Shown here: positions 52,428 through 62,891 of the stretch, piece after piece
How the letters are laid out: each line of letters starts with the position of its first letter
How positions within the stretch are numbered: the first letter of the stretch is position 1
NCBI GenBank assembly: GCA_965216755.1
Contig: CBDCGL010000011.1
Span: 4,789,306-4,853,305, forward strand
Length of the DNA: 64,000 nt
Direction of reading: 5' to 3'
Source: Alphaproteobacteria bacterium
Lineage (GTDB): Bacteria; Pseudomonadota; Alphaproteobacteria; UBA7887
The notes under the pieces: generated by a model
What the model was told of the DNA's origin: nothing
Database searches by the model: none
The model's input: the letters and a program-made list of their open reading frames with translations, nothing else
Translations under genes and position numbers: made by a program

Positions 52428-53428
52428 GTGTTGAGCCATGACGGAATTGGCAAATCCTTTTCCTTCAAGAATTCCTTGTTGAAGATCTTGCCTGTGTAGC
52501 GGTTGCCGTAGTCGCAGAGCACGGTCACGATGGTGTGGCCTGGCCCCATTTCCCTTGCCAATTTGATCGCCGCGCCGACATTTATGCCGGTCGAACCTCC
52601 CATCACTAGCCCTTCATCCTTCACAAGGTCGAACACGATATTCAGCGCTTCTGTATCTGTGACCTGCAATGCGTCATCGATCGGTGCGTCGACCAAATTT
52701 CCAGTGATACGACTTTGTCCGATGCCTTCTGTGATCGAATTGCCTTCAGGCTTCGGTTCACCATGCTTATAGATGCCATACATTCCAGATCCCATTGGGT
52801 CGGCGACCGCGATGCGCACATCGGCATTGCGCTCTTTCAGCGCCATGCCAACACCCGCGATCGTGCCACCCGTGCCAATGGCACAGGTGAAAGCATCTAC
52901 CCTGCCATCGGTCTGGCGCCAGATCTCTGGGCCGGTCCCCTCGACGTGCGCTTGTCGATTGGCTGTGTTGTCGAATTGATTGGCCCAGATCGCGCCGTTG
53001 GGGTCCTCTTTGTCAATCTCCTCGGCCAACGTGCCGGAGTAGCGCGCATAGTTCATCGGGTTGGCGTAGGGCACAGCCGGCACCAGCCGCAGATCGGCGC
53101 CGCACATCCGCAGCATGTCCAGCTTTTCCTTACTTTGGGTCTCGGGCACGACAATGACTGATCTGTAACCCAATGCGTTTCCAACCAGGGCCAAGCCAAT
53201 GCCCGTGTTCCCCGCGGTGCCCTCGACGATCACGCCGCCGGGCCGCAAAGTTCCCCGTTTCTCGGCATCACGAACGATGAATAGGGCGGCCCGATCCTTC
53301 ACCGACTGACCGGGGTTCAAGAAGTCGCACTTTCCCAATATCTCACACCCTGTCTCCTCTGACGCGCGACGGAGTCGCAACAAGGGTGTGTTGCCGATCA
53401 GATCAACAAAGCCGCTCTGCACATCCAT
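52424..53428 (-). CDS. cysK: Cysteine synthase A-like PLP enzyme
   Basis: NPGQSVKDR, EGTAGNTG, NQFDN, GTGGT, TEGIG. Confidence 0.88.
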   Translation of the reverse strand: MDVQSGFVDLIGNTPLLRLRRASEETGCEILGKCDFLNPGQSVKDRAALFIVRDAEKRGTLRPGGVIVEGTAGNTGIGLALVGNALGYRSVIVVPETQSKEKLDMLRMCGADLRLVPAVPYANPMNYARYSGTLAEEIDKEDPNGAIWANQFDNTANRQAHVEGTGPEIWRQTDGRVDAFTCAIGTGGTIAGVGMALKERNADVRIAVADPMGSGMYGIYKHGEPKPEGNSITEGIGQSRITGNLVDAPIDDALQVTDTEALNIVFDLVKDEGLVMGGSTGINVGAAIKLAREMGPGHTIVTVLCDYGNRYTGKIFNKEFLKEKDLPIPSWLNT

Positions 53429-53443
53429 GTTCTGTCTTTCAGA

Positions 53444-54277
53444 TTAAGCAGGTTGCGGACCGCGCCGCACGAAACCGCGCTGCGGGTCGTAGCCGTAAAC
53501 CGCACCGACCAGGAAGGCAACGATACAACCGCACACCACAAGCGCCCCCAGTCCGTAGAACTGCCCCTCGGACGCATAGCGCACCAACTGAACACCGTGG
53601 GTAAAAGGGTTGATATTTGCGATCCAATAAACGATGTCGGCACCACTTTCCTTAAGATACCAAAGTGGGAACAAGGCCGGTGAAATGAAGAACATCGGAA
53701 AAATCACGAAATTCATGGTCCCCGCGAAGTTCTCCAATTGTTTGACATGCACAGAGAGTAAGAGTCCCAACGCGCCCAGCATAAGCCCCGTCGCGATCAG
53801 TGCCGGCAAAATGTAGAGGTAGGCCCACGGGTCAACGAACGCGACCCGAAGGCTGGTGAACCACGCGAACGGTAGGCAAATGACGAGGAAGGCGTACGCC
53901 TGCAAGACTGAGAGAATGGTGCCGGATATCAGTTTCGCGGTCAGCAGGTACCATCGCGGCAGCGGCGCGGTCAGCAACAAACGCATCACGCCCATTTCGC
54001 GATCGTAGACCATGGCCAGCGACGACTGCATGCCACTGAACAGCAACACCATGCAGGTTAGACCCGGCAGGATGTAATATTCATAGCTGACATTGCGCTG
54101 CAGATACGGTTCTCCAGCGTCCACGCCGTAAACGCCGCGAAAACCAACCGCAAACACGAACAACCACAGGGCCGGGCGCACGAAGGCGGAAAACAGCCGC
54201 CCTTTTTGCTGAAAGAATTTGATGACTTCGCGCTTGGTCAACGCTTCCAGGGCATACAAGGCATGGCTCATCTGCAT
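53444..54277 (-). CDS. ABC-2 permease, PedC/LutF-like
   Basis: MQSSLAMVYDREMG, QLENFAGTMNFVIFPMFF. Confidence 0.88.
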   Translation of the reverse strand: MQMSHALYALEALTKREVIKFFQQKGRLFSAFVRPALWLFVFAVGFRGVYGVDAGEPYLQRNVSYEYYILPGLTCMVLLFSGMQSSLAMVYDREMGVMRLLLTAPLPRWYLLTAKLISGTILSVLQAYAFLVICLPFAWFTSLRVAFVDPWAYLYILPALIATGLMLGALGLLLSVHVKQLENFAGTMNFVIFPMFFISPALFPLWYLKESGADIVYWIANINPFTHGVQLVRYASEGQFYGLGALVVCGCIVAFLVGAVYGYDPQRGFVRRGPQPA

Positions 54278-54344
54278 GGCAATCAACTTTCTCGGCAGAC
54301 ATCTCTGAGTGGCGTGGCGCGCCTTATTCAATCACAAAGATTTA

Positions 54345-55586
54345 CTACAGAGTGCAGCGGCTGTCGCGTGCATCGTAACCGAGCGTGTCCAGGTCGTTTT
54401 CCCTGTGCTTGAAGCCTTCAAGCGGCGCGCGCACAGCCACCCAATTTCCACTGCTCAAGAGCACAGCCTGACGCAGCTGGCCGTTCCAAGGACGGAAGCC
54501 CATACCTGGACCTTTGCTGCCGTCGATTCTTGCCCGGTCGCCGCGCAGATAAGCGTTGATATCAGCCGCTTCACGAGACTTTCCGCGTACGACCGCTTCG
54601 CCGATCGCTTTAATTGCGATCCATGCGCCCCAATCGCTCTCACCCATGCGGCGGCCGTGCATACGTTCGAAGCGTCCGTGAACCTGCGGTGCACCGTGAC
54701 GCATATATGACCAATGCCACGCCAGCGGTACCAATCCGGCGGCGCCCATCACCGGCGCTGGGCGACGTACGGTGTAGGGAACGCTCAGGGCGAATTCACC
54801 ATCGGCATCGGCCACAATCACGGCGTCATAATCGACGCCACCACCGGTTAGGAAGTCGATATCATTCAATTCGCGCGCACGTGGATCGGACCCCAGCACA
54901 AAAGAGCGAATTTCCTCAATGTCGACACCGAACAACTCGGCCGATCTTTGAAACGCCGCAACCGTTGCCGCATCTTCCGGCAATGGCCCTTGAAGCACCA
55001 GAACCTCTTGCCACTTTCGTGCGACCAAATGCTGAACGATCGCGTCCGTACGCATTGCCCGACTCGGCGTCGTGTGAAGTAAATGCGCGGCACAGTGTTC
55101 GTTTCGCAAGGAGTCGCCCACGGCGGTGGCGTTGAAAAGCAAAATGCCTCTGTCTTTCGTGGCGTCCGAAACTGCCTCGACAATAGCTGTGGGCGCATCT
55201 AGGACAAAAATCTCGATTTCATCGTCGGACTGCCACTGGACAATCCGATCATACATTTCTTGTGCGTCGGCGACGGACTCTGCGCGCAATGCGAAGTTTG
55301 TCTTGCTCACCCGCGTTAGTTGCTGAATATCCTGGAGACCAAGTTCTGCCCCAGCACGACCACGTCGATCTTCAATGGCTATTGACGATCGTATGTCGAC
55401 TGGGTGCACGCCCCAATCATCGTAACGAACATCCTCATTCAGATCCAAGTAGCCAATTGCAAGCGTGGGAAACTCTTGTTGCTCGTCTTGCGCGTACGCT
55501 GATCGCCGCCCTTCGAGAGCGTTGTCAAACCACCAAAAGGCGAACAGCGCGGCAATAAAATAGCCAAGTATTGACAATTGTGTCAT
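54345..55586 (-). CDS. PBP1-fold binding protein, PedA1/LutA-like
   Basis: LLHTTPSRAMRTDA, AWHW, HGAPQ..RF, FRPWNGQLRQ, LDTLGYD..C. Confidence 0.85.
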   Translation of the reverse strand: MTQLSILGYFIAALFAFWWFDNALEGRRSAYAQDEQQEFPTLAIGYLDLNEDVRYDDWGVHPVDIRSSIAIEDRRGRAGAELGLQDIQQLTRVSKTNFALRAESVADAQEMYDRIVQWQSDDEIEIFVLDAPTAIVEAVSDATKDRGILLFNATAVGDSLRNEHCAAHLLHTTPSRAMRTDAIVQHLVARKWQEVLVLQGPLPEDAATVAAFQRSAELFGVDIEEIRSFVLGSDPRARELNDIDFLTGGGVDYDAVIVADADGEFALSVPYTVRRPAPVMGAAGLVPLAWHWSYMRHGAPQVHGRFERMHGRRMGESDWGAWIAIKAIGEAVVRGKSREAADINAYLRGDRARIDGSKGPGMGFRPWNGQLRQAVLLSSGNWVAVRAPLEGFKHRENDLDTLGYDARDSRCTL

Positions 55587-55603
55587 CGCACGAATGCCGC
55601 GGT

Positions 55604-56635
55604 TCAATCGTCGACGCGCACGGTGTGCGGCGTTCGGCCGACCGCGATCGCGTTGATCGCAGCCGCTTTGCCTGTGTCTATGACACTGATGTCGTCGCTC
55701 GCCCCGTTGGTTACGATAAGAAGTGATTCGTCTGCAGTCAGTGCCGCGCCCCAAACACGCGACCCGGCCAGGATATAGTCTCTCACCTCGCGGCTTTGGA
55801 CATCGACGACGGCGACATGATTTGCGCGTCCCAATGTAATATACGCGGTCTTGCCATCGGCCGTCAGCGCAAAGTCAACTGGCGTTATGTCCTCTTCTCG
55901 CATACCACGCCGCTCAAAATAGATATCTTCCATATGGCTGAAGTTCTCGGCGTCAAGGATGCTCACGGACGCACCCAGCTCGTTAGTTACCCAATATTCT
56001 TTTCCATCGGGCGTAAAAGCGCCGCGTCGTGGTCGATTGCCGACGAGGACTTCATCAACGATCACACCCTGCCAAGGATCGACAACAAAAATCGTGTTGG
56101 TCGCTTCCGACGTCACGAATACATACTTCCCATCGGGGTGGAAGGTAATGCCCTCGGGCTCGATGCCCACATTCTCGACCACGCGCAGCTCGGTGGCGGT
56201 TTCTATATCTACCACGGTGATTTCATTGTCGTCTTCGTTGCTGGCAACAAGAATTTTGCCGGAAGGGTCGATGTCAAACATCTCTGGATCTTCGCCCGCC
56301 GGCAAGCTGCCGACAACTTCCAAGGCTGCGACGTCGATAACATCGATCCGATTGTCGGAGCTTACCGCAACCAAGAGTTTGTTCTTGTCAGCACTCCAGC
56401 GCATGTCGCGCGGACGCTGGCCCGTCGGAATAGCCTTTATGACTTGGAGCGTCTCGCCGTCTATGACAGAGACCGTATCATCTTGCTCGTTGCTGACAAA
56501 AATGTAGCCAGTTTGGGCTGCAATTGCTGACTCATCTATAAGTACCGCTGTCACGATGACGGAGCAGAATATAAGAATTACATTGAGGTGCAAAAGCATG
56601 GGCCCTGTCAAAGTTCTTATTGTCATGGTGTTCAT
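55604..56635 (-). CDS. YVTN beta-propeller, PQQ-catabolism associated (PedA2/LutB-like)
   Basis: FVSNE..DTVSVID, VGIEPEG, VGNRPR, LGRANHVAVVD. Confidence 0.88.
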   Translation of the reverse strand: MNTMTIRTLTGPMLLHLNVILIFCSVIVTAVLIDESAIAAQTGYIFVSNEQDDTVSVIDGETLQVIKAIPTGQRPRDMRWSADKNKLLVAVSSDNRIDVIDVAALEVVGSLPAGEDPEMFDIDPSGKILVASNEDDNEITVVDIETATELRVVENVGIEPEGITFHPDGKYVFVTSEATNTIFVVDPWQGVIVDEVLVGNRPRRGAFTPDGKEYWVTNELGASVSILDAENFSHMEDIYFERRGMREEDITPVDFALTADGKTAYITLGRANHVAVVDVQSREVRDYILAGSRVWGAALTADESLLIVTNGASDDISVIDTGKAAAINAIAVGRTPHTVRVDD

Positions 56636-56689
56636 CTTGGTTCCGGGGATTTTGTGATGTGGCCTGTTGTTCTTGTGTGCGCATTTATT

Positions 56690-57502
56690 CTAGATCTTGT
56701 TGTCGCTTTCACTGCCCGTAAGTTTGACGAACGCGTCGTGCAGGCTCTTGGTCTTCGCTTTTTTCGTCAAGACCTGAGGCGAACCGGTGGTAAGAATCTT
56801 GCCATTGTCCAAGACGATCACGCGGTCAGCTGATTCCGCTTCATCAACCAGGTGCGTTGCCCACAACACGGCCATGTCACGCAGTTTGGTCATCTCCATG
56901 ACGTAAGCCAACAGATCTCGCCGACTCTGCGGGTCCAAGCCAACAGTTGGTTCGTCCATTAGTAGTAGGCTTGGACGGTGCAAAAGTGCACGGGCAAGTT
57001 CTACGCGACGGCGCTGCCCACCGCTTAGGGCGCGGGCCCGATCGGCACTTCGGTCAGACAGCTTAAGTTGCGTCAGTTCGTGTCCAATACGTGATTTGGC
57101 CTCTCGCCCGTTTATGCCGTGAAGGCTTGCGTGAAATCGTAGATTTTCGACAACACTCAGGTCCAAGTCGAGTGTCGGCTGCTGAAACACGACACCCAAC
57201 CCCGCCAAAGCGGGAACCGCATTGCGACGGATGTCCGTACCGTCAATTTGTATCGACCCTGCATCCGGAACATACAATCCCGTCAACAATTGGAACAATG
57301 TGGTTTTCCCCGCACCATTGGGCCCCAGCAGCGCGACGAATTCGCCCGCTCGGATCGCAATATCAACTTGGTCGAGAGCCTTGCGAGGGCCATACGTCTT
57401 CACGACCTTATGGGCATCCAAGACGATCGGCGATTGGCTTTCTGCGGCGGCGTCATTCACGGGTTTCTCCCCGATGCTCCCTGTTGCAACGTGCTCGTTC
57501 AC
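56690..57502 (-). CDS. ABC ATPase, PedB/LutE-like
   Basis: LLGPNGAGKTT, VVFQQPTLDLDL, VLWATHL. Confidence 0.9.
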   Translation of the reverse strand: MNEHVATGSIGEKPVNDAAAESQSPIVLDAHKVVKTYGPRKALDQVDIAIRAGEFVALLGPNGAGKTTLFQLLTGLYVPDAGSIQIDGTDIRRNAVPALAGLGVVFQQPTLDLDLSVVENLRFHASLHGINGREAKSRIGHELTQLKLSDRSADRARALSGGQRRRVELARALLHRPSLLLMDEPTVGLDPQSRRDLLAYVMEMTKLRDMAVLWATHLVDEAESADRVIVLDNGKILTTGSPQVLTKKAKTKSLHDAFVKLTGSESDNKI

Positions 57503-58323
57503 GCTTGTGCCTCGATGGTTTCTTTGTTTGGTTCACTCTGCCGATCGGTCACATTACTTGTTAGGCCGTGAAGCAGCTTTTCATGGCGATCCAACAAGCT
57601 GCGACGGAAGTCGTCGATAGCTATGTCGTCGGCGTCTCGTGGCCTTGGCAGTGGAACGAGCTCATCCAAAATGACACGTGCTGGGCTATTTGAAAGAAAC
57701 AGTATACGATCCGCCAAGAAAATCGCTTCACGTAGATCGTGAGTCACGAACAAGACTGTTGTCGGCTGGGCACCCCACATGTCGAGTAAAAGAGTCCGCA
57801 GTCGATTTCCCACAGGCACGTCCAGCGATACAAACGGTTCGTCAAGCAATAGAAGTTGCGGTCTAGTTACAAATGCGCGCGCCAGCGCGACACGTCGCTG
57901 CATCCCGCCCGATAAACGATTTGGGTATTCGTCGAGTGACTCGCTAAGTGACATTTGGCCAAGAACTTCTTCGGCCAACCCTGAAGTAGCCTTCTGCGAA
58001 TCCAGCACAACGGCGACATTGTCGCGTACCGTAAGCCATGGCAATAGCCTTGGCGTTTGAAACATGTAGCTCTTGCGAATCGAATGAACTGGGGCGTCGT
58101 GACCAAATCGCACAGCGCCTTCGACGGATTGGTCGAGGCCCGCAATGATATTCATCAATGTCGTCTTGCCGCAGCCCGACGGTCCGACGATGCAGACAAA
58201 TTGTCCCGCCGGCACCGAGAAAACCATATCCTCTATGGCAATTCGTGAGTCCGTGCGGTTGGAACGCGCGTAGGACTTGCGATCAATTTGTACGTCCAGA
58301 CTTGTCGCGCCGCTACCGGTCAT
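57499..58323 (-). CDS. NitT/TauT-family ABC ATPase
   Basis: GPSGCGKT, PRLLPW, LSGGMQRR, DEPFVSLD. Confidence 0.9.
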   Translation of the reverse strand: MTGSGATSLDVQIDRKSYARSNRTDSRIAIEDMVFSVPAGQFVCIVGPSGCGKTTLMNIIAGLDQSVEGAVRFGHDAPVHSIRKSYMFQTPRLLPWLTVRDNVAVVLDSQKATSGLAEEVLGQMSLSESLDEYPNRLSGGMQRRVALARAFVTRPQLLLLDEPFVSLDVPVGNRLRTLLLDMWGAQPTTVLFVTHDLREAIFLADRILFLSNSPARVILDELVPLPRPRDADDIAIDDFRRSLLDRHEKLLHGLTSNVTDRQSEPNKETIEAQA

Positions 58324-59123
58324 TTGCGCCACCGTGTCACATGTCGATCCATTGGGCCGACGACAGCCAGCTCCACGAACAACATGACCAGCACGAACGC
58401 GAATGTGTAGGCGAGAATGCTGGCGATATCGAACAATTGGAAAAACACGCTTAATTGAAATCCGATTCCATCACTGCGCCCGAGAAGCTCGACAACCAAA
58501 ACAATCTTCCAAATCAGTGCAATTCCAGAACGTGCCGCGACCATGATGTAGGGATAGAGTTGCGGCAGAAAGAACTTCAAGAATGTCCGTCGCCGATCGA
58601 CCTGAAACACATTGGCCACTTCCAAAAGCTCGCGGTCGACAGCTCGGGTTCCTTCGCGAATGGTCACCACGACATTCGGAAACTTGTTGAGCGCGACGGC
58701 CAGAATGGCGGCCGCTTCGGTCAGACCGAACCACACATAGCATAGGATGATTGTGACCAAGGCGGGGATGTTTAGAAACAGGATGAGCCAGCCGTCCAGG
58801 AGAATGTCTGTCTGTCGGCGCGCGCCCATCAATATTCCGATGGCTGTGCCGGCGATCATCGCCAGTCCAAACGCGGCCGCGACACGCCACAAGGTCATTC
58901 CCAAGTGAAAAAGCATGTCGCCTTGGATCAGGTGATCCGCAAAGTTCAGCGCAACTTGCCAGGGCCCCGGCAGAACCCGGCTTTGCAACACTCCAGCCGC
59001 GACCGCCCATATCAAGATAAGGCCAGCGAACGAGATGATCCGCAACCATGGCGCACTCAATCTGAGTTCGGAGGCCGGCTTGGCGGATGATACGCTCGCT
59101 TCGCTCAACGTCAGTTGCTCCAA
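58320..59123 (-). CDS. NitT/TauT-family ABC permease
   Basis: FLNIPALV, WKIVLVVELLGRSDGIG. Confidence 0.9.
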   Translation of the reverse strand: MEQLTLSEASVSSAKPASELRLSAPWLRIISFAGLILIWAVAAGVLQSRVLPGPWQVALNFADHLIQGDMLFHLGMTLWRVAAAFGLAMIAGTAIGILMGARRQTDILLDGWLILFLNIPALVTIILCYVWFGLTEAAAILAVALNKFPNVVVTIREGTRAVDRELLEVANVFQVDRRRTFLKFFLPQLYPYIMVAARSGIALIWKIVLVVELLGRSDGIGFQLSVFFQLFDIASILAYTFAFVLVMLFVELAVVGPMDRHVTRWRK

Positions 59124-60118
59124 ACTGTGCCAGTGGCCAGGTCGGTGCTGCGTCCGACCAGTTCACGTCCGCCCAATTCCGCGACGATCTTGAAGGCCGC
59201 TCGTATTGTTTCTTCTTGCTCGGGGCCGGTCGCATGGGGTACGCCGTCGCGATAGCCATCACGGAACGCCTCAAGCGTGGCTTGATCTTTGGCGCCTGTC
59301 AGCGGCATTAGACGTTGCCACTCTTCATCAGACGTTGTCATTATGCCCCGCGCGGCGGCAGAAGCCGCCAAGAACCCCTGCAAGGCCTGCGGAAATTCGT
59401 GCGCCCACGATTCGCGGAACACATAGCCTATCAACGCCAGCCGACCGGGCACGCCCAAGGCTGGTAACAGATCCTGAACCCTGATCAATTCCTTCATATT
59501 CGCCGCGCGCAGGCGTGCCGTATAGTTCCAATAGTTCAGGACACCGTCAAATTCACGCTGCTGAAATTTTTCGTTGAGCAACGGTGGCGCGGCGTAAGCC
59601 GGCCTCACCTGGCTCAGAAGATCACGACCGTTGGCCTTGATCGCGTATGCACGCAGCAGCAGCCAGCTCTTGTCTATGGGGCTTCCTGCGATGCCAAGTA
59701 CTTTGCCTTCTAGGTCGGCAACCGACTCGATACCGCTATCGGGATGAACCATGACCGAGCCAGCAGCTTCCGAATACGGAACGAACGTAAAATCAGCGCC
59801 CGCATCGCGCTGACGCGAAACCCAGATCCAGTCAGTCACGATAATGTCCACGTCGCCGGCGTTGAATGCGATTGTTGTCGCGTCTTTGTTGGCGAGAGGG
59901 ATCACTTCCAAGGAAATACCAGATTCGTTATCGAGCCCATGATGCTTGATCACGTCCAATTCCCAATTGACCGTGCCAAACTTCAGAACGGCTAGGCGAA
60001 TGGTTCGATCATCATCTGCCGCAATTGCGGGCATCGCCCCAGCCAAGCCTAGCAACGCGACGCCGACAGCCATAATCCGTTGGACGGTAGTGTGTGAGAA
60101 CGTTGCATTCGATCGCAT
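59111..60118 (-). CDS. NitT/TauT-family ABC binding protein
   Basis: LKFGTVNWE, DWIWVSRQR, DKSWLLL, LNYWNY; signal peptide. Confidence 0.88.
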   Translation of the reverse strand: MRSNATFSHTTVQRIMAVGVALLGLAGAMPAIAADDDRTIRLAVLKFGTVNWELDVIKHHGLDNESGISLEVIPLANKDATTIAFNAGDVDIIVTDWIWVSRQRDAGADFTFVPYSEAAGSVMVHPDSGIESVADLEGKVLGIAGSPIDKSWLLLRAYAIKANGRDLLSQVRPAYAAPPLLNEKFQQREFDGVLNYWNYTARLRAANMKELIRVQDLLPALGVPGRLALIGYVFRESWAHEFPQALQGFLAASAAARGIMTTSDEEWQRLMPLTGAKDQATLEAFRDGYRDGVPHATGPEQEETIRAAFKIVAELGGRELVGRSTDLATGTVWSN

Positions 60119-60663
60119 CTGCGTGTCCTATTTCTTTGCTCATCGCGATATTAACGGATGCGGCACTTGTCTGCCCACCTGAAGGCCGCTGGCCGTGGGC
60201 TCGCGTCAATCGTTTCCATATGGGAACCGCCGATCTCAGACTTAAGGGCACGTGCCACCAGAACCCTTGATCGCACTCGTTCCACGTTCCTACCGCACCA
60301 TCTCGCCAACCGACCTAGCATGCAAGAGCCGCCTGAGCCATGTCGGGTATCGAGCTGGTGAAGGTCGGTCGCACGGGTCTGGCGCGTCAATCAATAGGCA
60401 GTATTTGACCCCCTTATAGCCGGATTCAGTTTCATTGAACTGATTCAACACCTTATCAAGAATCGATGGTCCTGTCGTGCCCGTCGATTTTATCCCGTCC
60501 TATGTGACAGCCGTCACAGCACTGGGAGGTGAGCGCGCTCGGCACCCGAAGAGCGGTTGCCGCATCTGGGCGGCATGCTACTTCCTGATAGTGGTGGTTG
60601 GCGGCCATACCGATATGGCCGTTTGCGCAATCCCCGGTTCGGTGCCGGCGACAGGAGTGACTT

Positions 60664-61467
60664 ATGGTTGGATTGACAGGATCCGTGGGGGGCGCTGGCG
60701 TCGGCTTGCCGTCGTTCCTCATCTATAAGTCGCTGGAAAGCACGCGCGAGAAGCAGTTTGCGCAGTTTCAGAAGGACCCCTCGATCCAGCGTGAGGTCGA
60801 CTATTTCCTTGAGAAAGCCGAAACAGTCTCGTCGGTCGAAGAATTTCTAGGGGACCGCCGGCTAATGTCGGTCGCCCTATCTGCCTTTGCCCTTGAGGAA
60901 GAGCTCAATTACCCGGCGCGCATTAAAGCTGTTTTAACAGAGCCGCTGTCCGAGAAGGATTCTCTCGCCAACAAGCTGATTGATCCGCGATTTAAGGAAA
61001 TTGCCGGCTTCTTCCAGTTTGCCACACTGGGCATTGCCAATTTGAAGCTGTCGTCGTTCCGAAACGAAGTGATCGAACGATTCCACACCAATGAATTTGA
61101 GAAGTTTCTCGGCAAGCAGAATCCCGCGTTGCGCGAAGCCGAGTATTTCAGGCGCAAAATCGCGAGCGTCGAAAACACGTTCAACATCATGGGCGACCAA
61201 GTGCTACGCTCGGTCGTGACCTATACTGTTGATTTGCCGAAAGAAATAGCGCTTCAGTCGGTCGACAAGCAAAAGGCGTTGATCGATGCGCGGGTCGACA
61301 TCAAGGATTTCAAAGATCCGGAATTTGTTGAGAAATTTATACAAAAGTTTCTTATCAAGAAGGACGCCGAGGCGGTTGAATCCGGGAGTGGTTTTGGTGC
61401 CGGCGGACCCGATAGCTACGTTCTCCAATTGTTGCCGGCAGCGGGCGGCCTCAATCTTCTTGTATAG
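60664..61467 (+). CDS. DUF1217 domain protein (usually flagellar-cluster associated)
   Basis: AGGAG RBS; REVDYF..SVEEFLGDRRL..AL.AF.L..ANKLIDPRF; LP.EIA...VDKQ..DP..VEKF. Confidence 0.8.
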   Translation: MVGLTGSVGGAGVGLPSFLIYKSLESTREKQFAQFQKDPSIQREVDYFLEKAETVSSVEEFLGDRRLMSVALSAFALEEELNYPARIKAVLTEPLSEKDSLANKLIDPRFKEIAGFFQFATLGIANLKLSSFRNEVIERFHTNEFEKFLGKQNPALREAEYFRRKIASVENTFNIMGDQVLRSVVTYTVDLPKEIALQSVDKQKALIDARVDIKDFKDPEFVEKFIQKFLIKKDAEAVESGSGFGAGGPDSYVLQLLPAAGGLNLLV

Positions 61468-61483
61468 GGCCCGGGCAGACTAC

Positions 61484-62698
61484 CTATCTGGCGGCCTTCG
61501 CTGAATAAATCGCGCCATCTTGTTCCAGGCCCGCAATCTCGTCAGCCGTTAGGCCGATCTCGGTGAGCACTTCTGCCGTGTGCTGACCCAGTGTCGGCGC
61601 GGCGGTACGAACGCCGCCGGGAGTTTCGGAAAGCTTCACTGGCACCCCAATGCCCGGCACCGGGCCCACTGTTGCGTGCTCGGTCGTCGTCAGCATTTCC
61701 CGCGCCCGGACATGCGGGTCCGCCCACACTTGATCGATGGTCATGATCGGGCCAGCCGGCACGCCAGCTTTGGCGAGGCAGTTCAGCCACGCGGTCACCG
61801 TCCGACCGGCGAAGATCGGCCCGAGATGATTATTTAGAGCGTCAAGGTTTGTGATCCGGCCCTCATTGGTCGCAAATGCAGGGGCAGTGATCAAGTCCGG
61901 GAGGTCGACGGCGCGACATAATTTTTCCCAATTTGGCTGTGTGGCGGCGCCAATGACCAGCCAGCCGTCAGACGCTTGATAGGCTTGGTACGGCGCGCTG
62001 ATCCGATGCGCGGAGCCGAACGGTTTGGGCACCGTGCCATCTGCCCAATAGATCATGCTTTCCCATGGCGTATAGGCGATTCCGGCTTCGAAAAGCGACG
62101 TATCAACCAATTGGCCATGTCCGGTGCGCTGCTTGTGAATATAGGCGGCGAGGATGCCGAGAGCGCAGAACATGCCGGCATTCAGATCACAAATCGGAAC
62201 GCCCACTTTTGTCGGTTCGGAGTCGCTGGAACCCGTGACTGACATAAGGCCGCTCATCGCCTGCGCGATAAGGTCGAAGCCACGGCGCTCGGCATACGGT
62301 CCGGTTTGGCCGAAGCCGGACAAGGCGGCGTAGATCAATCCCGGATTCCGAGCACGCAAACTCTCATAATCCAAACCGAGCTTTGCCATTGCGCCTGGGC
62401 GCATATTCTCCAGGACAACATCCGCACGGTCGACCAAGCGCAGGAATAAGGCTTTTCCCTTGGTCGATTTGAGGTCGATGCAAATTCCGCGCTTGTTTCG
62501 GTTGACCGCCAAAAATGATGCCGACTCATTTTTGAGTCGCGGTGGGACGGAGCGCCGTAGATCGTCTCCGTCGGGGTATTTTTCGACCTTGATGACGTTT
62601 GCGCCGAGGTCGGCCAACTGCATGCCGCAGTAGGGGCCCGCCATGACATGTGCCAGTTCCAGCACGCGCATGCCGGCTAGGGGTCCGTTGCCAGCCAA
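61484..62698 (-). CDS. CaiB/BaiF family III CoA-transferase
   Basis: LAGMRVLE, LADLGA, NRNKR, ENMRPG, SGFGQTGPY, GFD, APTLGQHT. Confidence 0.93.
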   Translation of the reverse strand: MAGNGPLAGMRVLELAHVMAGPYCGMQLADLGANVIKVEKYPDGDDLRRSVPPRLKNESASFLAVNRNKRGICIDLKSTKGKALFLRLVDRADVVLENMRPGAMAKLGLDYESLRARNPGLIYAALSGFGQTGPYAERRGFDLIAQAMSGLMSVTGSSDSEPTKVGVPICDLNAGMFCALGILAAYIHKQRTGHGQLVDTSLFEAGIAYTPWESMIYWADGTVPKPFGSAHRISAPYQAYQASDGWLVIGAATQPNWEKLCRAVDLPDLITAPAFATNEGRITNLDALNNHLGPIFAGRTVTAWLNCLAKAGVPAGPIMTIDQVWADPHVRAREMLTTTEHATVGPVPGIGVPVKLSETPGGVRTAAPTLGQHTAEVLTEIGLTADEIAGLEQDGAIYSAKAAR

Positions 62699-62863
62699 AC
62701 TGATCTCCTTCGATTCTGAATCACGCTATGCAAGATGTTTGCGAACGGCAAGTTCGGTTGCGATGGCTTGCGCCGCGGCGATCCGGGAATCGCTTTTTTG
62801 GGTGTTTGGTCAGAGGTCTTCGTGCGCGGAATGCGCGGTTCCATGGGACGTTGCGGAAGGGAC

Positions 62864-62891
62864 TTGACAGACCCACCGGTATGACCATTTT
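62864..62891 (+). promoter_or_regulatory. Probable rrn promoter
   Basis: Perfect TTGACA about 480 bp before 16S; weak -10 (CATTTT at 16 bp); boxA-like GTTTGACATTGT near 63037. Confidence 0.55.
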
